Shown here piece after piece: positions 13,230-25,715 of a stretch of DNA of 64,000 nt. The stretch comes from Lytechinus pictus (lineage: Eukaryota), in NCBI RefSeq assembly GCF_037042905.1, contig NC_087252.1:21948001-22012000 (forward strand), given 5' to 3'. The notes below the pieces were generated by a model. That model made no database searches. It worked only from the letters and a program-made list of their open reading frames with translations, and was not told the DNA's origin. Numbering within the stretch: position 1 is the stretch's first letter; each line of letters starts with the position of its first letter. A program made the position numbers and the translations under genes.

Positions 13230-14180
13230 GGCTGTCGGTTTAGTTTGAGAAAGCATCATAATACACTCACATGCTATCCTGCCTCTCTTCAATAAAGTAG
13301 CAAGCTCTCTTAATAATAGTTCCCATACGATAGGAATGTTCTTAGATTTCTCTAAAGCATTCGATACGATAAACCACGGAATTATTTTATATAAACTGTC
13401 ACATTATGGTTTCAGAAATAATGATTTAGATTGGTACCGTAATTATTTACATGAACACCAACAACATGTCTGCATTAACAGTAATATGTCACAACTGAGA
13501 ATTCTGACTGCAGTGTTCCTCAGGAATCCATACTTGGCCCGCTGCTTTTTTATACTTTATATCAAGTATTTTAGCAGATCCTCGGATTTATTTTCATTTA
13601 CTTTGTATGCAGATGACACCAATCTTTTTTTTTTTACACAAACATCGAACTCTTTGTCAGGTGTCAATTCCGAATTAAATTCCTTGGCAACATGGTTAAG
13701 GCCGACAAATTATCCCTTAATCTAGAAACCAATTTCATGTTATTTAGTAATACATTAATCGAATTCTAATAGATAACATACAAATACAGCAGGTAACTAC
13801 CACAAAGTTTTGAGGTATATTCATTGAGGACAAACTTTCATTGTCAAAACATCACATTGACAATTGGTGTTATAAACAAACTCAAATGGATATTCCCCCG
13901 AATATTCTTAAATCATTATGTTCAACGTTAGCCCTACCCCCACTTAAATTACGGAATACTATTACTAGCATTGGGAAATAGTGCGATATATACGTTAAAT
14001 AAATTGTCACTGTTACAAAAAAAAAATATGCAGATTATAAGTCAGGTTAATCTAAGACTCGGATTTATTTTCATTTACTATGTATGCAGATGACACCAAT
14101 TTTTTTTTTACAAAAACATCGAACTCTTTGTCAGGTAGTCAATTCCGAATTAAATTCCGTGGCAACATGGTTAAGGCCGA
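13230..14180 (+). mobile_element. 5'-truncated CR1/L2-group LINE relic (reverse transcriptase)
   Basis: [23 protein letters not shown] and LYADDTN RT motifs, many frameshifts. Confidence 0.88.
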
Positions 14181-15683
14181 AACATTGAAAAATTTATTCA
14201 GAATATCGGTGGTCTTTTACAATTTGTATGAAAAAAGGATACAAAAAGAGCTCTTGAATCTCGATGCCCTAATACAAGAAAATGAGAAAAAAAATTAACC
14301 TATAATATCAAGTTCTCACTTTCTTTTACTTCTTATAATTTTCTATTTATAATCATTGATTTGATTTTTTTATGTAAAAGAAAATATTGAAAACTTAACT
14401 CCGAACTCTCGGTGTCCTTTTATAATCTGAAATATAAAAGAAAATATTTAAAGAGCTCTAAAATTACCTTGATTATATCGATTTCTGTAGTGACTAACAA
14501 AATTTTACTTTATATAAAATCATGATGCTCTGTTAAAATGATTATATTGTATTCTGTAATGTAAAAGAATTACTTTCTATGACCATTTAATTCTCGCCGA
14601 TCTTCCGCTTCTTTCGAATACAACCTCGATATCGCATTCGTTCTTTAGCCCCTCATTACATCCGGGGCCTGTTTCAGACAGAGTTGAAATCAGACGCAAC
14701 TCTACAAATCAATCGGAAAGTGATTTCCAACCAATCAACAGAAACACTAACATGAAAGATCAATTCTGATTGGTTCCGAGTCAGTCTACTGAGCAACATG
14801 CGTATGCAACGATGATCTTGATAGGCCATTTCATTTAGCGATTAATCGCTGAGCTTTTTTGTTATGAGGCCCAGATGTACTTTATTTGATTAAAATCTAT
14901 CGTATCATTTAACCCCTTTTTGATATCCAGGCAATGCGTTGTATGTATTTCTTTAAATGAAAAAAAAATGCGTTCATTTGCTGCAATATAATGGGATGAA
15001 TTTTAGATCTTGAACATTCTTCGCACGAATCAGTGGAAATTCCAGGCAATTCTCGTTAACTCGATCTACTGCACTGCATGTCTCGGCCTAGACCCACTTG
15101 TGCAGATTCGTTCAACATTTCTTGAAATTAGACATTGCGAGCAACACTTGGTCCGATTGAATATCTTCGAAATCCCGATGGAGAGAAGTTGGTAAATTAG
15201 TAAGATACATTCGTCTGTTAAATTATCTGGACTGTGTGCGGGCAAAGATGCGACGGAATTGCTGCAGGATCAAACAGAAACCGTAGCTGCGTCCCTGGTA
15301 TTTAACTCACTGGTTACTGCACTGTATCCTCTTCTGTTCTCAATGTTCTTGTGATTTATAAACCATTGATTTATCCGATATGATATCCATTAGGATATCT
15401 ATATCGACCTATTTTCGTGTCATCGATACAGGCAGGCTTATACTCTATACCTTTATTAACCAACATATCGATATAGTTACACAACCCCTTCTCTCCAACC
15501 GTGTTATACATAAAGCTTCTACTTAAAATCTTACAATGAAATAGTACCATCCGTCACTGATTCTTTTGATTTTAACTATCTCTTGAAAAGGTGATATGCT
15601 TTTATTTAGTATCGAAATACTACCTTAAGTGACGGTCAGCAAGAGTGCCACAACATATAATTACCAGCTCCGTAGTGACAGTC

Positions 15684-16466
15684 ATGTACGGGGACGGGAA
15701 TACGACCGACGTTCTTCAGGAGCAAGGAACAGTAGCCACGGAAACGGGTGATGAGACACGAGGTCCCCACGCCCTACTCCTACCCCTGCTCCTAGTGGCC
15801 CTCATCATCACGACCAATGGCCTCAGCCTGGCAGCATTCGCCGTCGAGAAACGCCTCCGCGGCCACAACAACTACTTCATCATAAACCTTGCTATCTCGG
15901 ATTTTCTCTTCGGGATCGTCCTGATTATCCCCTGCATACACACTTATCTTGGTCATTTTCCACTCCCCGGTGATGACTGGTGCAGAGTTTTTAACGGCGT
16001 CAGCAGAAGTGTCGAATTCGTATCTAATCTGATCATCGTCACCATCTGCATCGATAGACACCGAGCGACCTACAATCCCATCGGGCATTTCACCACTAGG
16101 AGCAAACGAAAGGCGATCTACGCTAACATCGCCGTGTGGGTTGCTTCGCTTCTTTTCTGGTTCTCGTTCTCGACAATTCCTGAGTTCATTCTTGGGTACA
16201 CCGGCAGTTCAAGTTGTTTACCATGGTATGCGAAAAACCCAACCATTAATTTTGTGACCATCTGCATCCGGTTCATCGTGCCTTTCACCATCATCCTAGT
16301 CCTCTACATACGGATCTTCGTCAAGATTCAGCAGACGACGGGTCGGAAGCACATCCGCAAGGAGTTCGTTGCCAGCATTAGCCAGTCAGGACAGGGGGAA
16401 TCGGAGCAGGAAGGCGAGGAGGATGGAAATGACATGGAACAGCGCCCTCAAGTTACCAAGGAGAAG
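15684..16466 (+). CDS. GPCR C, exon 1 (261 codons)
   Basis: ATG of MYGDGNTT at 15684 inside ORF 15645..16523; same 5-TM motifs; AAG|GTAAT donor at 16467. Confidence 0.95.
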
Positions 16467-16535
16467 GTAATATTCAAACAGTCCAATTATTCTGCAAACA
16501 CAGACTCAAGTTTGACACTTTAAAGAATATTTTAT

Positions 16536-16733
16536 GGGCAATTCCATAAAATATGTACATCCGACCCATACATGTGGGACATTCATGAAATTTTCTGTCT
16601 CTGATTTCTTGTTCTTTTGACAGTCTGTAAGTTCTCAAAGGACAATGACTTGGTCAATTATGAAGTGAAGTAAAACTTGAGAAAAATGGGGGTCGGACGT
16701 ACAAAAATGTTGATTATTTTATGGAATTTCCCC
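16536..16733. mobile_element. MITE in gene C intron
   Basis: TIR GGGCAATTCCATAAAATA / TATTTTATGGAATTTCCC; right end deleted in the D copy. Confidence 0.7.
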
Positions 16734-19234
16734 TATTTTTAGAGTGAAGTCTAGACTCCAAGCTCTCTGCCTGTGTCAACTTAGTCTCACTTCTTTGAAC
16801 TTTACATTATTCACCTCAAAAGTCCTCAAATGGGGAGGGGGGCTAACTTGGGTAAAACGGTATATTTACATTACAAATTTTGATTATGGCTCTCAACTTG
16901 CAGTGGCATATCAGGCGGGGGGGGGGGGGGGCAAGCTGCCTCCCCTTGCGGATTTCACCAGGAAAAAAACGGGAAAAAGAGAAAAGTGGGAAAGAGAAAG
17001 GGAAGGAAAGAAAGAAAAAGAGGAAAGGGGAAAGAGAAAGGGAAAAAAATGAAAAGAAAGGGGAAAAAAAGAAAGAACATAAATAGGGAAAATGGAAGGA
17101 AAGCGGGAAAAGGAAAGAAGAACACGTCAAGTACAAATATCCTGAAATACTAATACATACGCATGATTAGCAAAAGAGGGATATAAATCAAAAGATATGA
17201 TTCAATGGCACTGGCAAGAATGGTGGGAAAATGGGAGAAAGAGGCAGAAAGAAACGGGAAATGAAGGTAGAACCAAAAGCTTGATTGGAAAATCAAAATA
17301 TAGAGAAAAGGGACGAGAAAAAAAGAGAATGACCTAATAACAAGACCGGGTTGCCAAGGATTGAAAAATATAAAGAACGGGGAAGAAAGGTGGATGGCGT
17401 CTATTATAAGCTTGCTAAATTTTATGCAATAATGGTCACAGTCAGGACAAACAATCCCGGGAAAATCCTTAGCCAAAGTTGGATTAGCCAAGGGCTAGTT
17501 ATATCCCCCGATATTATGTCCTAAACCTAAGTAAAGCTTTGCGCTGGCTAGATTTACCGTAAAAAGTCTGTTTACTTTGGCTTAGTTTCCAAAGCTACTA
17601 TCAAATTAGTAGAATTTAATCATTCTCAAAGGCCAATTTTTTTCTGCCTCGCTTCGCTCGCTGGCGAATTTTCCAAATTTATCCACATTTTGCTATGTTG
17701 TGCTGCCTCAAAATATTTAGTTTATTATCCGCAACTGCGTTGAAGTTAATGTGTTGTGTATGTACCCGCGATTTAATGAAACAGTGGCCATCTGCAATGT
17801 TTAAAAATATCACGGGGCTCCGGGGGCTTCGCCCCAGACCAGTGGCGGCTCCAAGGGGGAGGCACTGAAGGCATTTGCCCCCAGTGAGTTGGCCTCACCC
17901 CCGAAATTTTGAAAAAAAAATGTATAGTAAGTGTTGTCATAAGCATCCTACTAAAGCTGCAAAGTGCTCCAAAACAGCTTTTTCGTTCCTTAAATTTTGA
18001 AAATTCAATTCACTGTTAGCTCCCAATAATGTCACTAAATCTTTCAGATCATTATATAAAATTCAAAATTTCGCCTGCGCTACACACGCCCGCAGTAGCT
18101 GTCGACTGAGATAAGTACATTATCTGTTCAAATGGGGCCTTAATCCAATTTTCAAGTCAATATGCCTATGCTTCTCTCGATACGCTTCCTGCCTTCTCAT
18201 AATTTTCATAAATAAATAAAAATTCAGCTCGCGCTACGCGCTCGCATTAAAGGTTTAATTTGATAGCCATCCAGTTCATGATTACAAAAAGTGCTTATAG
18301 AACGTCCAGTTATTATCTCGGAATGTCAAAAATTTTCAGCTCGCGCTTCGCTTATAGAACGTCCAGTTATCATCTCGGAATGTCAAAAAATTTCAGCTCG
18401 CGCTTCGCGCTCGCATTATTTATTTGGTGAAATATCATTTTCATGGCCCAATGCAGTAGGGTCTACATTGAAAAAAGAATAGCTCGCGCTTCTTGCTCGA
18501 TTTTGAGATATTAGCAAAATATTTGTGTGTTGACACGCCCCCACATGTTCTTTTGCCTCCCCCGAGGTTAAAAATCCTGGGGCCGCCATTACCCCGGACG
18601 CGATCCGCATAGCACTGGCCCCCGAAAGTTCTAACAAAAAAGAAAAGATGAATGAAAAGGAAAGGAAGATGTAAGATATGATGTGATTTTCTGAATACCA
18701 TGTCAAAATCAATCTCAAAGTTAGATTCTCATGAAAAGCTGATTTTTTTCTCGCTCGCTCAGAGAGTGGAAATTGTGCACTTTTCAAGCTGGATTGAAAT
18801 GAATCAAATGACCGGGGTAATAATATGCTGTAAAGTGCTTTTAATATGGGAAAAGCGCTATAAAAATAAGCTATTATATCATTATTATTATAAATGTTTA
18901 TGCACTGAGTTATGACTTGGGAACTGATAATAACCATTGATATTTTGGTATTACATTTTAATCCTGGTTGATTAAATGCACCCTAGACACTCGAAATTAA
19001 TATAAGTAAGTTATTATTTCCACTCATTGTTTTTTCAATTTCATGGTAACGAAGCAAGCTAATTATTTGAAATGGCTGAATCCAAAAACGTAAGCGTCTT
19101 AAGGGCACACATTTCTGACTTAATCCTCTGAAAATAAGTAGGGTTGTTGCATCCACAAATGTAATAAACGCCCATAAATGTAATAGCTTTTGACGAATCT
19201 CCCAAAGACCCCATAGTCTTATCAATGTTAAATA

Positions 19235-20155
19235 ACATGGAAATATAGCCTAGTCCTTTCTACAGACCCAGTAAATCTAAGACCCAACAATCCTTTAAAC
19301 TAAGAACCGGGGTAGTGTTTCATCAACATTTTCATCCGACAAGTTGTCAGATCTGACATCTTTCTTTGATGTTGATTGGCTGAGAGGTACTGTTACTATG
19401 GTAACTGTTGGATGAAATGGGACTTGACGGATAAAACGTCCGACAAGTCCTTTCATAAAACGCTCCCCTGAAATAAACAAAGGTTTAGAACGTTGTCTTT
19501 ATTCCAGACCTTATTATTTCAAAAATTAAGAAAAGAAATCTTCAAAACAAGGATCCAATCACACCCTGATTCATGTGGAATAAAACGAGTATTAAAGCGT
19601 AGTCTTTCCTTTAGACCTGGCATGATTTTAGATTATAAAAAAGCAAATAAAAAACGAGATTATTAGATCCCACCATCTCCCTTACAACGAATAAGCAGCA
19701 ATCAATATTTAATTAAAATAGGTGTGTCTTATTTTTAAGGTTAATGTTTTGTTGTGTTTTTATTTATTTTTTTATAACTGGGTGTGGGTTAAAGAAAACG
19801 CTCTAAAGCAATATTCTTTCACTGCGTCAAAATTCTTAGGATATGTGTTAGTTTTGAAGTTTTTTTTTTCATTTTTAAAATAACCTTGTCTGAAAGAAAG
19901 ACTACGCTTTAATACTCGTGTTACTCCACAAGAATAAGAAAATGATCGGGTCTTTAGTTTGAAGATTGTTTTTTTTTTTTTTTTCAAATGACTAGGTCTG
20001 GAATAAAGTCAACACTCTAAAACTTTGTTTCTAAAAAGGTTCTTAGTTTGAAGGATTGTTGGTTCTTAGATTTAAATTTCGTTTTGTTTTGTTTTGTAAT
20101 ATTTGGTATTTTGAAAAAAATTGGTCTGGAGGAAAGACTACGCTACATCTCCATA
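19235..20155. mobile_element. Foldback-type element with long (~400-bp) imperfect inverted arms (D copy ~39040-40470)
   Basis: ctttattccagacctta / taggtctggaataaag, aacaatcctttaaactaagaacc / ggttcttagtttgaaggattgtt, gcgtagtctttc / gaaagactacgc. Confidence 0.7.
19309..19468. mobile_element. 160-bp MITE, C-specific
   Basis: GGGGTAGTGTTTCATCAA / TTCATAAAACGCTCCCC; empty site 'aagaacctgaaat' at ~39149 in D. Confidence 0.75.
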
Positions 20156-23113
20156 TCCCATGCTCCGGTACGGGTGTCGGATTGGAGCTGTGATTTTCCT
20201 CATTTCTTTTCTCTGTCATCTCCATCCTAGGTTCACTTGCATACTAGTAGGCCTATACATCTAACATATTTTGAGTAAAAGCCCTGGTTTTAATTTTTGA
20301 GACACACCTACTCGACTCTAAATCCTCGTAGATACCCTAAAAAATAATAACTAGATTTTAATTCGTCATGAGGACGAATTAGGTGGTCTGTCATGATTTT
20401 TCGTTCAGTGTCGGCTAATGTTGTATGAAATGAATCATTTATATATGATTGATAATCTTGATCATAGGCATCATGGGAATAAATTTTTACCATTGCTTAA
20501 TGTGATTATCAATGTGGTGATGACAATCGTGATGATTTTAATGATGTTGGTGATAATGCAATACGGTAAATACGAAATGAAGTTTGGAGCACGTAAAACG
20601 CCTTAAAAACTCCTCAAAAATTTCAGACGATTTTACCGAAATTGGCTTTCCAAAATTGCGCAATGAAAGGCGCCTTAATTTTCACAGCAGCAAATTTTTG
20701 ATGTTTTTATGCAAAATCTAAATTTTCACAGCAGCTAATTTTTGATGTTTTTATGCAAAATCTTTTAAAAAATTCTATGTACTGTCAGCAATTTTTTTCA
20801 AGATTTCAAGCAAGAATTTTCACAATGTCTGTTGGTATTAATTTCACAGAATACTTGAAAATTCATAGGTGATACTTTTTGAAAACTAAAATATCTTAAA
20901 TATTTTTATTCAAAATTTCTGCTAAATTTCAATAATTTTTAATGAGAAGTTTCACAATGCTACAATTTCACAGCATTCACTTCAAAACTCATCAGTGATG
21001 TATTTGATAAAAGAATTAAATAAATTTTTTTGTGTAAATGTTTGCAAAATTTCTGCAAATTTCTAAACATTTCACATAATATTTATCGTCATGAGTTTTC
21101 AATATCCATCTATTAATTGTGTATGACTTTGACATTTACTTGAAAATTCTTTCTTGATGATTTTTAATGAAAAAAGTCAGGTAAAAGATTCAAATACTGG
21201 CGATTTTCCTGCAAAATTTCGGGAAAATGTGTAATTAACTAAATTGCACAATTTTTCATTCACAGAAGGTACCTGAAAATATGTTATACGTTATATTTAA
21301 TAAAAATGACCAAATAGAAAAAAAATCCAGGAATTTCCGCAAAATGTCCGGAATAAAATTTTTCAACCCAATAGCGTTTCAATATTGCGGCGTTTACTGA
21401 AAAAATACATAAATGATGTTTTACAATGTTAAAATTACCCCTTAAAAAGTTCTGGCAAAATAAACAAAAATTCATACATAAAAAAACGCAAAGCAAGTGG
21501 GCTTGAAAGTTTCAGCAAGACCGTACAATTGATTAATGAAGCATTTTCTTTAAAAAAATCTCAAATATTAGGTCCAGAAAAAAAATTGCAAAAACTTAAG
21601 TCATAACACATTGATGCTGTGGCCGAAAGTGAAAATTATTCACACGTTATTTGTAAAGAATTGTCGTCACGACATCATATCAACATTTGGAAGAAAACTG
21701 AACACTAATATGCATAAATACATTGACGTATGTTGCGAAAATATGTAATTTTCACTTCTAACGTAATTTTGACGTATAATTACAAAATCTCCAAATGAGA
21801 TATTGACTATATCCAAGAGTGAGGAAAAATTGGGGGTCAACGGACTCCCTGAAGAGCTACAGTGGATCTTATATAGGCATATTTTTGCCAATTTATGACT
21901 TATTTTGCGAGTTTGCACGCGCGAGTAATGCAAATTTGAATGGACGCGCATTCCCGTATTATTGGTCGTATGAGGCTGAGTGAGGTATCGAATTAATCAG
22001 AAGATAATGGACAATGGACAGACATAAAATAAATGGTGACTCGAAGATGCATACCGATGGTAGGTGCAAGAACGCGCACGCATACCTGTGCGCGCGCAAA
22101 TTGTTGACATGCTCAAAATGACCTGAAACGTACCCAAACTTGACCACGGTCGATTTGGGGAATTTTAAAAATTTGACGCGCGCGTATGTGCGCGTCGTGA
22201 CCTTTGCATGACCTATGATGACGTGTCCTGATGACCTGTCACTTGAACTTGATATGATGCAAATATGGATGATTTTTAATGATTAGTTGCGATGATATGA
22301 TCAATCATTTAATTTTACAAAATGGCGCCTCGATGACGTCATCATGATTTGATAACCTTGAAAAGCTTCGTTACACATGTCCATAATGATGTCCATACAT
22401 TACATGAAAATCAAGAAAATTGACATGCCCGATTTTGAGATAAAGTGGGAACAAAATTTGGCAATAAAAATAAAGAAAATTCTGACGAATTTTTTGAATA
22501 TTTGAATTTCACTTTATATAAATATATATATATATTTCTTCTTCAAAGAAAATAAAGTGAATAATACAATATTTATGATGGCGAAAATAGTCAGATTGAC
22601 TGGTTGCCAAATAAAAAGAAGACCCCCCCCCCATTATTCAGCATTGATAATATTGTGGGGTCTTTGCCTAGAAGCTCTGTTAAATATTTAAATAACCGAG
22701 TCCGGACTTTGCACCTATGCGCTATATGCATGCATTACGACAGGGCTTTGGCTTAGAACAAATTCGTCAAAATATCCCTTCAAATTGATTAAATTTGTGA
22801 GTAAAGTCATTATTACTATTGTGGGTGATGAAAAATTATTACATTTGCGGGTTAAGTATTATTACATTGGCAGATGTTATTGCATTTGTAGGTAAAGTGG
22901 GTTGTTACATTTGTGGGCGTTGTTACATTTGAGGGCGCTATTACCTTTGTGGGAATTATTACATCTGTGGGTGTAACAAGGGTCCACTACTTGCTTGGTT
23001 ATTATTTTTTTTTATCCTAACCCCCCACCCCCATATTGATGCATGAACTATTGGTATTTATCCATCTGTACTACTTTTATAAGAATGTATTCATTTCAAT
23101 ATTTTCTCTATAG

Positions 23114-23416
23114 GGAGGTCAGAAAGTTGCCAAGCGAGAATCGGCCTCTGAAGTTCGCAGCGCCACCAAAACGCTTCTCTTCGTCGCCATAGCTTTATTC
23201 ATCACGTGGTCACCAATGTGCATCGTCACGATAGCCTACTCGATCGACCCGGCTTTCGTCAATCCGCGGCTCCTGGGCTGGTTATACCTGGTACCGTTGT
23301 GGCTGGTCTACGTGAATAGTCTACTCAATCCGCTTTGCTACGTTGTCTCGCAGCCGCTCTTTCGAAAAACCGTATTTGGTTTGATTTCCAACCCTATCCG
23401 GTATTGTCGTGGTTAA
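23114..23416 (+). CDS. GPCR C, exon 2 (TM6-TM7)
   Basis: ttttctctatAG acceptor; GGQKVAKRESASEVRSATKTLLF...FITWSP...NSLLNPLCY...YCRG*; 303 nt; intron 6647 bp. Confidence 0.93.
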   Translation, partial: GGQKVAKRESASEVRSATKTLLFVAIALFITWSPMCIVTIAYSIDPAFVNPRLLGWLYLVPLWLVYVNSLLNPLCYVVSQPLFRKTVFGLISNPIRYCRG

Positions 23417-23435
23417 CGTAATCGTGGATAAATAT

Positions 23436-24100
23436 TTGATTGATTGATTGATTTTATTTGGCAAGTCACCACAACATATATGCAACATGCTTGCACCGGA
23501 TGACCCACGAAAGCTCGAAAACTTATTTCCAGTGGGGTCATCTCGAGTGAAAGATATTCTTTCAATTTCCTCTTAAAATGGAAAAAAGTATCCTATTCCC
23601 TATAAGTCATTGGGAAGAGAATTGCAATGTTTTATAGCATTGTAATAAAAGGAGTTACCAATACTACCTGCTTTCGGGTAAGCAGAAGTTGTAATGGCTA
23701 TTTCGTGTATTATAGTTATGTAATTTGGTAACTAGTTTAATTAAAGTTTGATCTAATATAAATATTCGATCTATTGTGATAGATTTTATGCACGTAGTGC
23801 ATACTAAGCTGTTTTGATCTTTTGCTGACTTAAAAAAAAATCTGCTCCAGAGAGTTCGGTGTAGCCAACGTGGGTTCTGGGACCAGAACAGTTAATGAAT
23901 CTAACCTTTTTTATTCTGTATAATTTACAACTTCTTTTGATCGGATTTGTCTATGCCACTAAACCAAGCAGGGTTAGCATAGTCAAATAAACTCTGAATA
24001 AGAGCAACACAGAAAATAGTCTTGCTTTCTGATCCATACAACTTTGATACCTGTACATAAATTTCAGACGGGCATTCGCCTTTTTTACGATTGATCATAC
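23436..24100 (-). mobile_element. LINE 3' fragment antisense just downstream of gene C
   Basis: ALIQSLFDYANPAWFSG..KKL; (AATC)n tail about 20 bp from the C stop codon. Confidence 0.75.
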
Positions 24101-25715
24101 TGAAGATAAACATTTCTTTCCCAGGGGGTGCTGATGTAAATTTGACGAGCAAAAAAAAAAAGAAAAAAGAAAAGGGTTTCACTATAAAATGAAGGTCATT
24201 TTGGTTCCGACAAATTTGACAAGCAAAAAAGAGAGAAAGTTTCACTACAGAAGGAAGGTAATTTTGGTCCCAAGAAATTTGACAAGCAAAAAAAAAAGTT
24301 TTCTATACAAAATGTAGGTCATGTTGATTACATTTCTCCATTTTGTCACACCTACATCAAATGGGTGCATTAAATTGAATTGGATGTAAGAAAATTGAAA
24401 TCCAGTGGTAAGTTCATGCACATAATAAAATCAAACATTTCTTTTCCTACAGTCTTATGATAGGTCATCCAAAGTTTGACTGTCCTTGTGATGTGTAGAA
24501 TTAAATTATAAGAGCAGACAATACACGAAATCAAGAGAGAAAATGTTAATATTTTTGCCACATTATGATGACATTACTAAAGGGGGCAGAAAGAGGGGTA
24601 TCAGATGAGGTGCAGTCACATTTCCCATGCGGCGGCCTATTGGCGAGTCGATAGCAGCCCTTTTAATACTACCACCTTTATCATGTACATGTGAGTTTAG
24701 AAACACATAAAACGTCACTTTTTCAGCTCGCCGGATGGGAAGTGTGACAGCGCCATGAGTAAGAACAGAAAAAACGTAAAAGGGAAAGTGGAGAAAGATA
24801 GGAAGAGGGAGTGAGAGGAGAGGGGAGATTGAAAAGGGGGAGAAGGAGAGCAAGGCATGAGAGAGAGAGAGAAAGTAAGGGAAATATAGATGGAGAGATT
24901 GAGAGAGAGAGAGGGGGAGGGGGGAGACATGACACTTAGGGAAACGTGCAAGATGACAACATAATGAAGGTTCGACAGTTCGAACAAGTGTTGGAAAAAG
25001 CTGTCATGATGGTACTCTGTTCAAGAAAAAATATATATTTACGATTACCAGTAACCGTCTCGCATGGCTTGCCTAAGGAATTAGATTCAATTAAAATGAG
25101 ACCCAATCTCCATCTTTATTACATCATCATCTTAATTCTATAGTGCCATATTCCATGTAACAATGTAAAAGGGATATGTAATGTGCGTTTGGTTGGGAGC
25201 GGATCGAAAAATTTAAAGATATTGATACAAAAAAGAGGGGCAATAACCACAGTGGCAATGAGACGGGCGTTCTTACCATCAAAGTAATATAAATAATCAT
25301 CTGCCTTTGCTCCGTGAGCAATTCAAGAAAGCCATCATATAATCTATTTTTTCTAAAGAGAACAATGAATTGCATGGATGAAGAATACCATTATGACGTG
25401 CTTAATGATTGTTTTAGTGGCCCAAACATGTAACCGAAAAAAGGAAAAAGCGCGATATCAAATCGTCGGCGGTCATCCGAACCCATTTCAGAGAATATCG
25501 ACTTCAAAGTTTACTATAATTTTTACACTTAGTACCCTAGCGATACTCATTGCTAGAAAAATACATGGTTGGAAATATGGATGAAATGTGGATGACGATG
25601 ATGAAGATGATGATGATGTAGTGATATGTAACTACGTGAAGACAGTAAAAAAGAAACTAATTTACTATATTTCTTTTTCTTTCCGAATTACTCTCCGACA
25701 CTCGCAACCCCCTGC

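Larger units (their letters stand above)
19145..22978. mobile_element. Ginger-like non-autonomous element (TGT...ACA, 5-bp TSD AGGGT) hosting nested insertions, C intron
   Basis: AGGGT|TGTTGCATCCACAAATGTAATAA ... TTATTACATCTGTGGGTGTAACA|AGGGT; subterminal TTACATTTGTGGG repeats. Confidence 0.7.

Noticed and set aside
15792-16088. Recurring antisense or alternate-frame ORFs over the GPCR exons (also 9-215, 35404-35700, 55002-55208)
   Set aside because: Shadows of the conserved GC-richer coding frame; no independent motifs
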